From NCBI GenBank assembly GCA_003248655.1, contig QFPM01000004.1, positions 121,354-185,353 of the forward strand: DNA of 64,000 nucleotides. Direction: 5' to 3'. Shown one piece after another: positions 44,068-52,900 of the stretch; positions within the stretch are counted from its first letter, which is position 1; every line of letters begins with the position of its first letter. The notes under the pieces are model-generated. The model searched no databases. It was given only the letters and a program-made list of their open reading frames with translations, and was not told where the DNA came from. The DNA is from Microbacterium sp. Its GTDB lineage: Bacteria; Actinomycetota; Actinomycetes; Actinomycetales; Microbacteriaceae. Position numbers and translations under genes: made by a program.

Positions 44068-45023
44068 GCGCCGCGAAGCCGCTCCTCGCGACCGAGCGTG
44101 CGGCGCTCATCCTGCAGCTGGTTCCGTACCTGGTGGGCAAGGGCGAGGTGTCGCTCGCCGAGGCCGCCGACGAGTTCGAGGTGACCGCCGAGCAGATGCG
44201 GAGCATGGTCGAGAAGCTGACGGTCATCGGCCTGCCGGGCGACGGCGGCTTCTGGCAGATGGCCAACGACCTGTTCGACATCGACTGGGACCTGCTCGAC
44301 GAGCGCGACCTCATCGTCATCACGAACGCCGTTGGTCTCGAGCGCACGCCGCGGCTCACCGCGCGTGAAGCGGCGGCCCTGCTGGCGGGGCTGCAGCTCG
44401 CGGCATCCCTCCCCGGCGTCGGCGACGCGGGAGTCGTACCGAACCTGCTCGCAAAGCTCGCGCGGGGTGCGTCGAGCGCTCCCGCCGACGTCATCGTGGC
44501 GCCGCAGGCCGTGGATGCCGTGCGAGTCGCCGTGACCGAGGCGCTTCGGCGCGGCGTCGCGGTCTCGTTCGACTACCGCGCTCCCGACGCGCCCGTCACG
44601 ACGCGGACGGTCGATCCGGTCAAGGTGCACATTGCGGGCGGCGAGTGGTACCTGCAGGGGTGGTGTCATCTGCGGGGGGCCATGCGCACCTTCCACCTCG
44701 ACCGGGTCTCGGACGTGCGGCTCACCGACATCGCGACGACGCATTCCGCCGATGCGGTGCCCGAGCTGTTCGAGCCCGCGGCATCCGACGTCGAAGTCGA
44801 CGTGCGCTACCGCGCGGGGGCGGCGCCGCTCCTCGCGGACTACGTGGTCGCCGACCGCGAGGAGCAAGACGGCATCCGCACGGCGAGCATGCGCCTCGGC
44901 GACCCGCGCAGCCTCAAACGTCTCGCGGCGCGCCTCGGCGGCGATCTCGAGGTGCGCGGCCCCGGCGACGCGCGTGACGCGGCGGCCGCGTGGGCACGGG
45001 CCGGCCTCGACCAGTACCGCTGA
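44064..45023 (+). CDS. pafC: WYL-domain transcriptional regulator PafC
   Basis: 4-nt overlap with pafB. WYL domain (VSFDYRAP...EWYLQGWC). Confidence 0.8.
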   Translation: MSAAKPLLATERAALILQLVPYLVGKGEVSLAEAADEFEVTAEQMRSMVEKLTVIGLPGDGGFWQMANDLFDIDWDLLDERDLIVITNAVGLERTPRLTAREAAALLAGLQLAASLPGVGDAGVVPNLLAKLARGASSAPADVIVAPQAVDAVRVAVTEALRRGVAVSFDYRAPDAPVTTRTVDPVKVHIAGGEWYLQGWCHLRGAMRTFHLDRVSDVRLTDIATTHSADAVPELFEPAASDVEVDVRYRAGAAPLLADYVVADREEQDGIRTASMRLGDPRSLKRLAARLGGDLEVRGPGDARDAAAAWARAGLDQYR

Positions 45024-45072
45024 CTCGGCGGGGCGCGCCGACGCGCCCGGTGCCCGTTCAGACGCCAGCAGG

Positions 45073-45078
45073 TAGACT
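45073..45078 (+). promoter_or_regulatory. candidate -10 hexamer (TAGACT) for tatA
   Basis: 28 nt upstream of the ATG, with SD AAGGGGA in between. Confidence 0.35.
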
Positions 45079-45106
45079 GAGCGCACGCTTCTGACAAGGG
45101 GATGCA

Positions 45107-45370
45107 ATGGGAAACCTGTTCGCCGGTCCGCACCTGTGGATCCTGCTCATCGTCATCCTGCTGCTCTTCGGCGCAGCCAAGCTCCCCGCGCTCGCGAAGA
45201 GCATGGGCCAGTCCGCCCGCATCTTCAAGGGTGAGATGAAGGCGATGAAGGACGACGACGCGCCCGCCGCGACGGCGCAGTCCACTGCCGCCGAGCAGAC
45301 GCTGCTGCCCCCGCCCGCTGCGCCCGCGGACACCACGCCGCCGCCGGCAGCGCCCGACGCCAGATCCTGA
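45107..45370 (+). CDS. tatA: twin-arginine translocase subunit TatA
   Basis: ILLLFGAAKLPALAKSMG motif. Confidence 0.9.
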   Translation: MGNLFAGPHLWILLIVILLLFGAAKLPALAKSMGQSARIFKGEMKAMKDDDAPAATAQSTAAEQTLLPPPAAPADTTPPPAAPDARS

Positions 45371-45376
45371 CCGTTC

Positions 45377-46201
45377 GTGGCTACGGCCGAACACCCGCCG
45401 CTCGGAGCCCCCGGGGCTGACGACCTTCCGCGTCGCGACAAGCGGATGTCGCTGGGGCAGCACCTGATCGAGTTGCGCAAGCGCGTCGTGATCGGCCTCA
45501 TCGGGCTGGTCGTCGGCATGGTCGTCGCCTACCTCCTGACGGACTGGATCATCTGGGCGATGACCGAGCCCATCCGGATGGTCGCCGAACAGCGCGGTGA
45601 GGGCTCCGCGGTGAGCCTCATGTACTCGACGATCACGGGGCCGTTCGATCTGCGGCTGCGGATCTCTTTCGCCGTCGGCATCATCCTCTCCGCCCCGATC
45701 TGGCTCTGGCAGCTGTGGGCCTTCCTCATGCCCGGCCTCACGCGCAAAGAGGTCCGCTACACGATCGGCTTCGTGGGTGCTGCCGTGCCGCTGTTCTTCG
45801 CCGGCTGCTTCGTCGGCTGGTGGGTCATGCCGCACATCGTCGAGATCATGGCGACCTTCTCCGCCGAAGGCGCCGACAACCTCTACGAGGCCAAGTTCTA
45901 CTACGACTTCGTCTTCAAGCTCGTCCTCGTCGTCGGCGTCTCGTTCGTCGTCCCCGTGTTCCTCGTCGCCCTGAACCTCGCCGGGATCATGTCGGGGCGG
46001 GCGATCCTGAAGTCGTGGCGCGTCGCCGTCCTCATCGCGGTCGGCTTCGCCGGGCTCGCCACCCCCGCAGCCGACATCGTCAGCATGCTGCTGCTCGCCG
46101 GCATCCTCGTGGTGCTGTTCTTCGCCGCCGCGGGCCTGTCGATGCTGTTCGACCGGCGGCGCGCGAAGCGCGTGGCCGCCGAGCTCGGCCCGCTCGCATG
46201 A
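45377..46201 (+). CDS. tatC: twin-arginine translocase subunit TatC
   Basis: 6-TM TatC pattern (MSLGQHLIELRKR...). Confidence 0.9.
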   Translation: MATAEHPPLGAPGADDLPRRDKRMSLGQHLIELRKRVVIGLIGLVVGMVVAYLLTDWIIWAMTEPIRMVAEQRGEGSAVSLMYSTITGPFDLRLRISFAVGIILSAPIWLWQLWAFLMPGLTRKEVRYTIGFVGAAVPLFFAGCFVGWWVMPHIVEIMATFSAEGADNLYEAKFYYDFVFKLVLVVGVSFVVPVFLVALNLAGIMSGRAILKSWRVAVLIAVGFAGLATPAADIVSMLLLAGILVVLFFAAAGLSMLFDRRRAKRVAAELGPLA

Positions 46202-48672
46202 CCGACGCCGCCACCCGGTACGCGCAGGCGCAGGCGCAGCGGGCGCACCCCGTGACCGCCGCATTCGCGGCATCCCAGCGCTTCGATCTCGACCCCTTCC
46301 AGATCGCGGGATGCCAGGCGCTGGAGGACGGCCAGAGCGTTCTCGTCGCGGCTCCCACCGGTGCGGGCAAGACGATCGTGGGCGAGTTCGCCATCCATCT
46401 CGCGATGCTGACGGCGGACGAGAAGGCGTTCTACACGACGCCCATGAAGGCGCTGTCGAACCAGAAGTTCCGCGAGTTGCAGGAGGTGTACGGCGAGAGC
46501 GAGGTGGGGCTTCTCACCGGCGATACCAACATCAACGGAAACGCCCGGGTCGTCGTCATGACGACCGAGGTGCTGCGGAACATGCTCTACGCGGGCTCGC
46601 CGGCGCTTCGGGGGCTCCGCTACGTCGTGATGGACGAGGTGCATTACCTCGCCGACCGGTTCCGCGGGGCGGTGTGGGAAGAGGTGATCATCCACCTGCC
46701 GCAGGACGTGCGGCTCGTGTCGCTATCGGCGACGGTGTCGAACGCCGAGGAGTTCGGCGACTGGCTCGGCACCGTGCGCGGCGATACCCAGATCATCGTC
46801 TCGGAGACCCGGCCGGTGCCGCTCGAGCAGCACGTGCTCGTTCGCGGCGACCTTCTGCCGCTCTTCGACGACCGCGCCGGCATCGCGACGGCGCAGGTCA
46901 ACCAGGAGCTGATGCGCATCCGCGGCGGCAGCGGATCGCGCTACGAGAACAACCGCGATGCGCAGGCGTACCGCTCGGCGGGCGGGCGCGAGAGCGGCCA
47001 GCGGCGGCCCAATCGCGGCGGGCGGCGTCCCGTGCGATCGGCGAACGTCCAGCGCATCGAGCGGCTCGATCGCCCACACGTCGTGCAGCTGCTCGAGCGG
47101 GCGAACCTGCTGCCCGCGATCTTCTTCATCTTCAGTCGCGCCGGTTGCGACGGGGCCGTGCAGCAGTTGCGGCGCTCAGGGCTGCGGCTGACGACGCGCG
47201 AGGAGCGCGACGAGATCCGCCGCGTCGTCGACGAGCGCGCACGCACTCTCGCCGACGACGATCTGCAGGTGCTCGGATACTGGGAGTGGCGCGAGAACCT
47301 CGAGCGCGGCGTCGCGGCGCACCACGCGGGGCTGCTGCCCGCGTTCAAGGAGGTCGTCGAAGAGCTCTTCCGACGCAAGCTCGTCAAGGTCGTTTTCGCG
47401 ACGGAGACCCTCGCGCTCGGCATCAACATGCCCGCACGCACCGTCGTGCTCGAAAAGCTCGAGAAGTTCAACGGCGAAGCGCGCGTCGCGATCACGTCGG
47501 GGGAGTACACCCAGCTCACCGGGCGCGCGGGGCGGCGCGGGATCGACGTCGAGGGACACGCTGTCATCCAGTGGACCGAGGCCCTCGATCCGCAGGCGGT
47601 GGCGGCCCTGGCATCCCGCCGCACCTATCCGCTGAACTCGAGCTTCCGACCCACCTACAACATGGCCGTGAACCTCATCGACCGGTTCGGTCGCGAGCAG
47701 GCGCGCGAGATCCTTGAGTCGTCCTTCGCGCAGTTCCAGGCCGATCGCGCGGTCGTCTCGCTCGCGCGCGAGGTGAAGGATGCCGAGGAGTCGCTCGCCG
47801 GCTACGCCTCCGCGATGGCGTGCGATCGCGGCGACTTCGTCGAGTACGCGGGGATGCGGCGGGAGCTCAGCGACCTTGAGAAGCTGAATCGCGCCGACCG
47901 AACCGCGCCGGCCCGTATCCGCGACAAGCGTCAGCAGGAGATCCAGTCCCTCCGAAGGCGACTCCAGCGGCATTCGTGTCACACGTGCCCCGACCGCGAG
48001 GCGCACGCGCGTTGGGGCGAGCGGTACGCGAAGCTGCAGAGCCGGGTCGAGAAGATCCGTCGCCAGATCGACGCGCGCACCGGCACGGTCGCGCGGATCT
48101 TCGACCGTGTCGTCGAGGTGCTCGCCGCGCTCGACTACGTGCGCCTGGGCGACGACGGCGCGGCGCGCATCACACCCGCCGGCGCCACGATGAAGCGGAT
48201 CTACGGCGAACGCGACCTGCTCGTCGCGGAGGCGCTACGCCAGGGACTGTGGACCTCACTGGATGCCGCCGGGCTCGCCGCGCTGGCATCCTGTCTCGTC
48301 TATGAGCCGAGGCGCGACGAGGCCGGGCCGGGGGAGCACGGACTGCCGCGCGGGCCGTTCCGGCAGGCGCTGACGGCGACGCAGGAGCTGTGGTCGCGTC
48401 TCGACGACCTCGAGCAGGAGCACCGGCTGCCGGGGAGCGAACCGGTCGCGACGGGGCTTGCGACAGCGATGCACTCGTGGGCGCGGGGGGCGACGCTGGA
48501 CCGCGTGCTGGACGAGGCAGACCTCGCCGCCGGTGACTTCGTCCGCTGGACGAAGCAGACGATCGACCTGCTCGACCAGCTGTCGATGGTGGCCGACCCG
48601 CCGGTCGCGACGACCGCACGCGCCGCGCTGGAGTCCGTCCGCCGCGGCATCATCGTTTACGGCTCCCTCTGA
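46198..48672 (+). CDS. helY: Ski2-like DEAD/DEAH-box helicase HelY
   Basis: The ATG overlaps the tatC stop (ATGA). AAPTGAGKT, MDEVHYL, and a Ski2/DSHCT-like C-terminal region. Confidence 0.85.
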   Translation: MTDAATRYAQAQAQRAHPVTAAFAASQRFDLDPFQIAGCQALEDGQSVLVAAPTGAGKTIVGEFAIHLAMLTADEKAFYTTPMKALSNQKFRELQEVYGESEVGLLTGDTNINGNARVVVMTTEVLRNMLYAGSPALRGLRYVVMDEVHYLADRFRGAVWEEVIIHLPQDVRLVSLSATVSNAEEFGDWLGTVRGDTQIIVSETRPVPLEQHVLVRGDLLPLFDDRAGIATAQVNQELMRIRGGSGSRYENNRDAQAYRSAGGRESGQRRPNRGGRRPVRSANVQRIERLDRPHVVQLLERANLLPAIFFIFSRAGCDGAVQQLRRSGLRLTTREERDEIRRVVDERARTLADDDLQVLGYWEWRENLERGVAAHHAGLLPAFKEVVEELFRRKLVKVVFATETLALGINMPARTVVLEKLEKFNGEARVAITSGEYTQLTGRAGRRGIDVEGHAVIQWTEALDPQAVAALASRRTYPLNSSFRPTYNMAVNLIDRFGREQAREILESSFAQFQADRAVVSLAREVKDAEESLAGYASAMACDRGDFVEYAGMRRELSDLEKLNRADRTAPARIRDKRQQEIQSLRRRLQRHSCHTCPDREAHARWGERYAKLQSRVEKIRRQIDARTGTVARIFDRVVEVLAALDYVRLGDDGAARITPAGATMKRIYGERDLLVAEALRQGLWTSLDAAGLAALASCLVYEPRRDEAGPGEHGLPRGPFRQALTATQELWSRLDDLEQEHRLPGSEPVATGLATAMHSWARGATLDRVLDEADLAAGDFVRWTKQTIDLLDQLSMVADPPVATTARAALESVRRGIIVYGSL

Positions 48673-48750
48673 CCCCGCGAGACCCGGTCTGTGCGTCGAG
48701 ACCAGCGTTCACGAACGTACATCTCGACGCACAAACGCGGTCTCGCGGGG
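48673..48750. other. extended imperfect stem-loop immediately after the helY stop
   Basis: CCCCGCGAGACC..TGTGCGTCGAGA - 20-nt loop - TCTCGACGCACA..GGTCTCGCGGGG. Two 12-bp helices separated by an internal loop. Confidence 0.6.
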
Positions 48751-48771
48751 GATGGGGGCAACGCAACGCAG

Positions 48772-48801
48772 AAGGCCCGCCCCGAGACGGGGGCGGGCCT
48801 T
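48772..48801. terminator. GC-rich stem-loop between convergent helY and rpsT
   Basis: AAGGCCCGCCCC - 6 nt - GGGGCGGGCCTT, a 12-bp stem with no clear U-tract. Confidence 0.5.
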
Positions 48802-48819
48802 CGTGCGGCGTGCGGCGGC

Positions 48820-49080
48820 TCAGAGAGCGGCGACCTGCTTCGCGATGGCCGACTTGCGGTTCGCGGCCTGGTTCTCGTGGATGACGCCCTTGCTCACGGC
48901 CTTGTCGAGCTTCTTGGTCGCGGTCGCGAGCGCCTTCTCGGCGGCGGCCTTGTCGCCCGCGGCGACGGCCTCGCGGGTGCGACGCACCTCGGTCTTCAGC
49001 TCGCTCTTGACGGCCTTGTTGCGCTCGCGCGCCTTCTCGTTGGTCTTGTTGCGCTTGATCTGCGACTTGATGTTCGCCAC
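48820..49080 (-). CDS. rpsT: 30S ribosomal protein S20
   Basis: (V)[24 protein letters not shown] start at 49080 within ORF 48820..49185. Confidence 0.9.
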   Translation of the reverse strand: MANIKSQIKRNKTNEKARERNKAVKSELKTEVRRTREAVAAGDKAAAEKALATATKKLDKAVSKGVIHENQAANRKSAIAKQVAAL

Positions 49081-49193
49081 GTTCGACGGCTCTTTCGTTC
49101 GGAGTTTTCGTTGGATGTGCCGGAACAGCGGTAGAGGGGCGCTTCCGGCGACGCGCGGGGTGGGACCCGCACGCAAGCCAATCACTGAGTCTA

Positions 49194-49907
49194 TCAGCTA
49201 TCGAGTGTCGCCACCGCGACGTCCAGCAGGGCGTTGAACACGTCCGGCCGCATGGCGGTGACCAGGTGGCTCGTGCGCGGTACGACGATGAGCTCTGCGT
49301 GCGGCACGAGCGAGGTGAACAGCCGCTCGTTGACGCGCAGCTGATCGAACTGCCCGTTGATGAACCATGTCGGCACCTCGATGCGTCGGAGCGCGGCAAG
49401 CAGATCGAGCACCGACAGCGAGCGCAGCGCGACATCCTGCGCGTCGAGCGCGTAGCCACCGGCGCCGAAGTCGGCGCGGGTGTGGTCAGGGAGAGTCCGG
49501 TCGAGCACCCACTCCGAGATCGCCGCGCCGCGGCCGGGCAGCCGGTCGAAGCCGCGCGCGAGCGTGCGGTAGGTCGCGAGGCTGACACCGCGGGGGATCG
49601 CGGTGCAGGATGCCGCGATGAAGGCATCCACCGGCGGTGGGTCCTCCCGGCCGACGTATTCGATCGACAACAGCCCGCCCATCGAATGCGCCGCAAGGAT
49701 GACTCGGCCGCGCGCCGCGGCATCCCGAACGGCTCCGTCGATCGTCGCGAAAGCGCCGTCGAGCGTGAACGCCTCCGCCATGCGGCTGCCGTGGCCGGGC
49801 AGGTCCACCGCGACGCAGTCGACGCCGCGCTCCTCGAGATGGGCGACCTGCGATCGCCACATCGTCGCGGACGTGCGGATGCCGTGCACCATCACCACCG
49901 TCGTCAT
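49194..49907 (-). CDS. alpha/beta hydrolase
   Basis: VMVHG, nucleophile elbow AHSMGG, C-terminal SHL. Confidence 0.75.
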   Translation of the reverse strand: MTTVVMVHGIRTSATMWRSQVAHLEERGVDCVAVDLPGHGSRMAEAFTLDGAFATIDGAVRDAAARGRVILAAHSMGGLLSIEYVGREDPPPVDAFIAASCTAIPRGVSLATYRTLARGFDRLPGRGAAISEWVLDRTLPDHTRADFGAGGYALDAQDVALRSLSVLDLLAALRRIEVPTWFINGQFDQLRVNERLFTSLVPHAELIVVPRTSHLVTAMRPDVFNALLDVAVATLDS

Positions 49908-49985
49908 CGTCTCAGCCTAGGCACCGAAACGCCGCGGCGGCGGGAGCTCCCCAGAGCCCCACGCCGCCGCAGTCGATCACAGCGG

Positions 49986-52900
49986 TCAGAACAGCACGAC
50001 CACCCGCGTCGTACCGCTCTGCGATCCCGTCGCGACCTTGGGGTCGGCGGGAACGAAGGTGGCCGTGTACGCGTGCGTACCGCGGCTCAGGCGACCGAGC
50101 GTGTAGCTGGCGACGCCACGGCCGTTGACGGGAACCGTCGCGATCAGCGTCGCACCCTCACGGATCTCGACCGTGCCGACCGCCGCCTTGCCATCGTCCT
50201 GGCGAACGGTCGCGACGAGAGTCGACGGCAGCAACCGGTTGATGTGCACCGGCAGGATCGCCGTCAGGCGCGTCGTCGTCTTCGCGGGCTGTACGGCCGC
50301 CTCGACCGCGATCGGCACCTGGACGACGGTTCCGGATGCCGGCGCCGTGAGGGTCAGCGTCGCCGTCCCCGTGGGCAGGTTTGCCGGGAGGGTCACCGTC
50401 ACTGTCGCAGCGCCCGCGGTCACGGGCACCTCGCCGAGCGACGTTCCGCCGAGCGAGACCTGCAGCGAGGTGTTCTCGGGCGCTCCGCGGCTCGTGAGGT
50501 TGAGACCCGCGACCGAGAAGGTCACCGCGGTGCCCGCTGTGGTGAGCGCCGGAACGCCCGTCACCTCGACAGCGTGCTTCGCGAAGGACGGCGCGAGCGG
50601 CGAGCCGTCGGCGATGTAGTCCATCCACGCCTCGTAGTCGAGCAGGCCCGTGTCGACGTAGTCCGCACCCTCCTTGAAGACCCGGAAGTTGTCGCCACCG
50701 GTCGCAAGGAACGAGAAGGTTCCGACACGGTAGCTCGCCGCCGAGTCGATCGGCGCGCCGTTGATCGTGATCGACGTAATGCGGTCACCCTCGGGGCGAG
50801 TCGAATCGAAGGTGTAGGTCACGTTGTCCGAGAGTCCCAGCTGCAGGTAGGGACGCGACGGCACCGTGCCGTCGGCCAGACGCTGCCACTGCTGCTCGAG
50901 CATCGTCTTGAACTGCGCACCGGTGAGGCTCACGAGCGCGAGCGTGTTGTTGAACGGCAGCACCGCGTTCGCCTGCGAGAACGAGATCGTCCCGTCGGCA
51001 AGGCCCGGCACGGCGGCCGCGCCGAACTCGGCCTGCGTGTCCCACAGCTCGGCGCGCAGGCCCCCCGGGTTCGTCACGCCGATGACCGCACCGTTCGGCA
51101 GACCCGACAGGCTGTCGCGCAGCATGTTGCCGACCTCGTTGCCGAGGGTCGACTCGCTCGCGCGGTCGTCGCGCGTGCCGCCGGTCCAGACGCCGTTCAC
51201 GAACGATCCGCCCGCGAAGGCGGTCGTGATGTCGGCCGCGACCTCGCCGACCGCGGTGTTGCCCACCTCGGCCGCCGCAGCGATCGCCTGCTTCACGATC
51301 GCGTCGACCTCGGCGACCTTCGGGAAGGTCGCGATGAGCTCCGCCGCCGGAGTCGTCGTGCGCTTGACGATCGTCTCGGTGTGCGCGGTGACCGCGCCCG
51401 TCGAGCCGTCGACGGTCAGCGTGATCCGGCCGAGGTTCGCGCCGTACGAGCCGGTCTGCACGACGGGGCGCGTGCGGTCGGTGCCGGGGATCTCGGCCGA
51501 CCAGGCGTACTCCTTGTGCGTGTGGCCGGTGAAGATCGCGGCGACCTTTGGGTCGGTGTCGTTCACGATCGAGGCGAACGCGCCGCCCGCGGCGAGCTCC
51601 TGCTCGAGCGTCGCTCCGTCGGGCGTTCCCGCGCCGGCGCCCTCGTGGTAGAGGGCGACGAGCACGTCGGCCTCGCCGTTTGCGGGGTCGCCGTCCGTGA
51701 GCTGCGCCGCGACGCGGTTGACGGCGGCGACTGGGTCGCCGAAGTCGAGCGTCTCGACGCCGGCGGGCGACACGAGGGTCGGAGTCTCCTCGGTGACGGC
51801 GCCGATGACACCGACCGTGAGCGAACCGGCCTCGAGCAGCTGGTACTCGGGGAGCGCCGGCGTGGTCGTGCCCTTGAGGTACACGTTCGCACCGAGCTGG
51901 GGGTAGTCGGATGCCGTGCTCACACGCCCGGACAGGTCGTCGAACCCGCGGTCGAACTCGTGATTGCCGACCGCGGAGGCCTGCAGCCCGAGGGCGTTCA
52001 GCACGTCGATCGTGGGCTTGTCCTGGGCGACCGACGATGCGAACAGCGACGCGCCGATGTTGTCACCCGCCGAGAGGAACAGGGTCGGACCCGTGGCCAG
52101 CGCCCGCTGCTGCTCGACCGTCCCCGCGAACGCGACGGTGTTGCCGTCGATGCGTCCGTGGAAATCGTTGATCCCGAGCAGGGTCAGCTCGACCGGTGGC
52201 GCCTCGGCTGCGAGGCCGACGACCACGGGGTCGTGGTCGCTCGAGCGGTAGGCATCCGGAGCGTAGAACTCGGTGCCGTGGCTGCGGAAGCGGCTGTACT
52301 CGAGAGCCACCGACTCGCCAGAGTTGATGTTCCAGATGTCCGCTCCCGTCGCGCGCGCCTTCGCGGCGCCGCTCAGCAGGATGTGATCGAGCGAGCCCGA
52401 CAGCCCCGAGAAGCTGTACGACGAGGTGTCGACACCGAACGCCTGCGCGGCGTCGACGTAACCCGCGCTGTAGAGCACCTGCAGCGGGTCCTCCTGCGTG
52501 TACGAGTTGAAATCGCCCGCGAGGGCCACGGTGTCGACACCGCCGCGGATGCCCTCGACCCAGTCGCGCAGGGCTGTCGCCTGACGCACGCGCGACTCGT
52601 TGGACGTGCCTTGGCCGTCACCGGCATCCGCGTCTCCCGGCCAGGGGCCGGCCGAGCCCTTCGACTTGAAGTGGTTGACGACGAACAGGAACGGCTCGCC
52701 ACCGCCCGCTGGCTCGAAGACCTGGGCGATCGGCTCGCGGGCGTTCTGGAACGCCTCGCCGTCGTCGCTCTGGTCGCCGAGGGCGCGCGAGGCGCCTTCG
52801 GTGGTCACGGCGCTCGTGCGGTAGATGATCGCGTTCGTGATGACATCCTGCTCGGATGCCGGCGGCAGCTCCGACGACGACGGGACGAACGCCCACGTGC

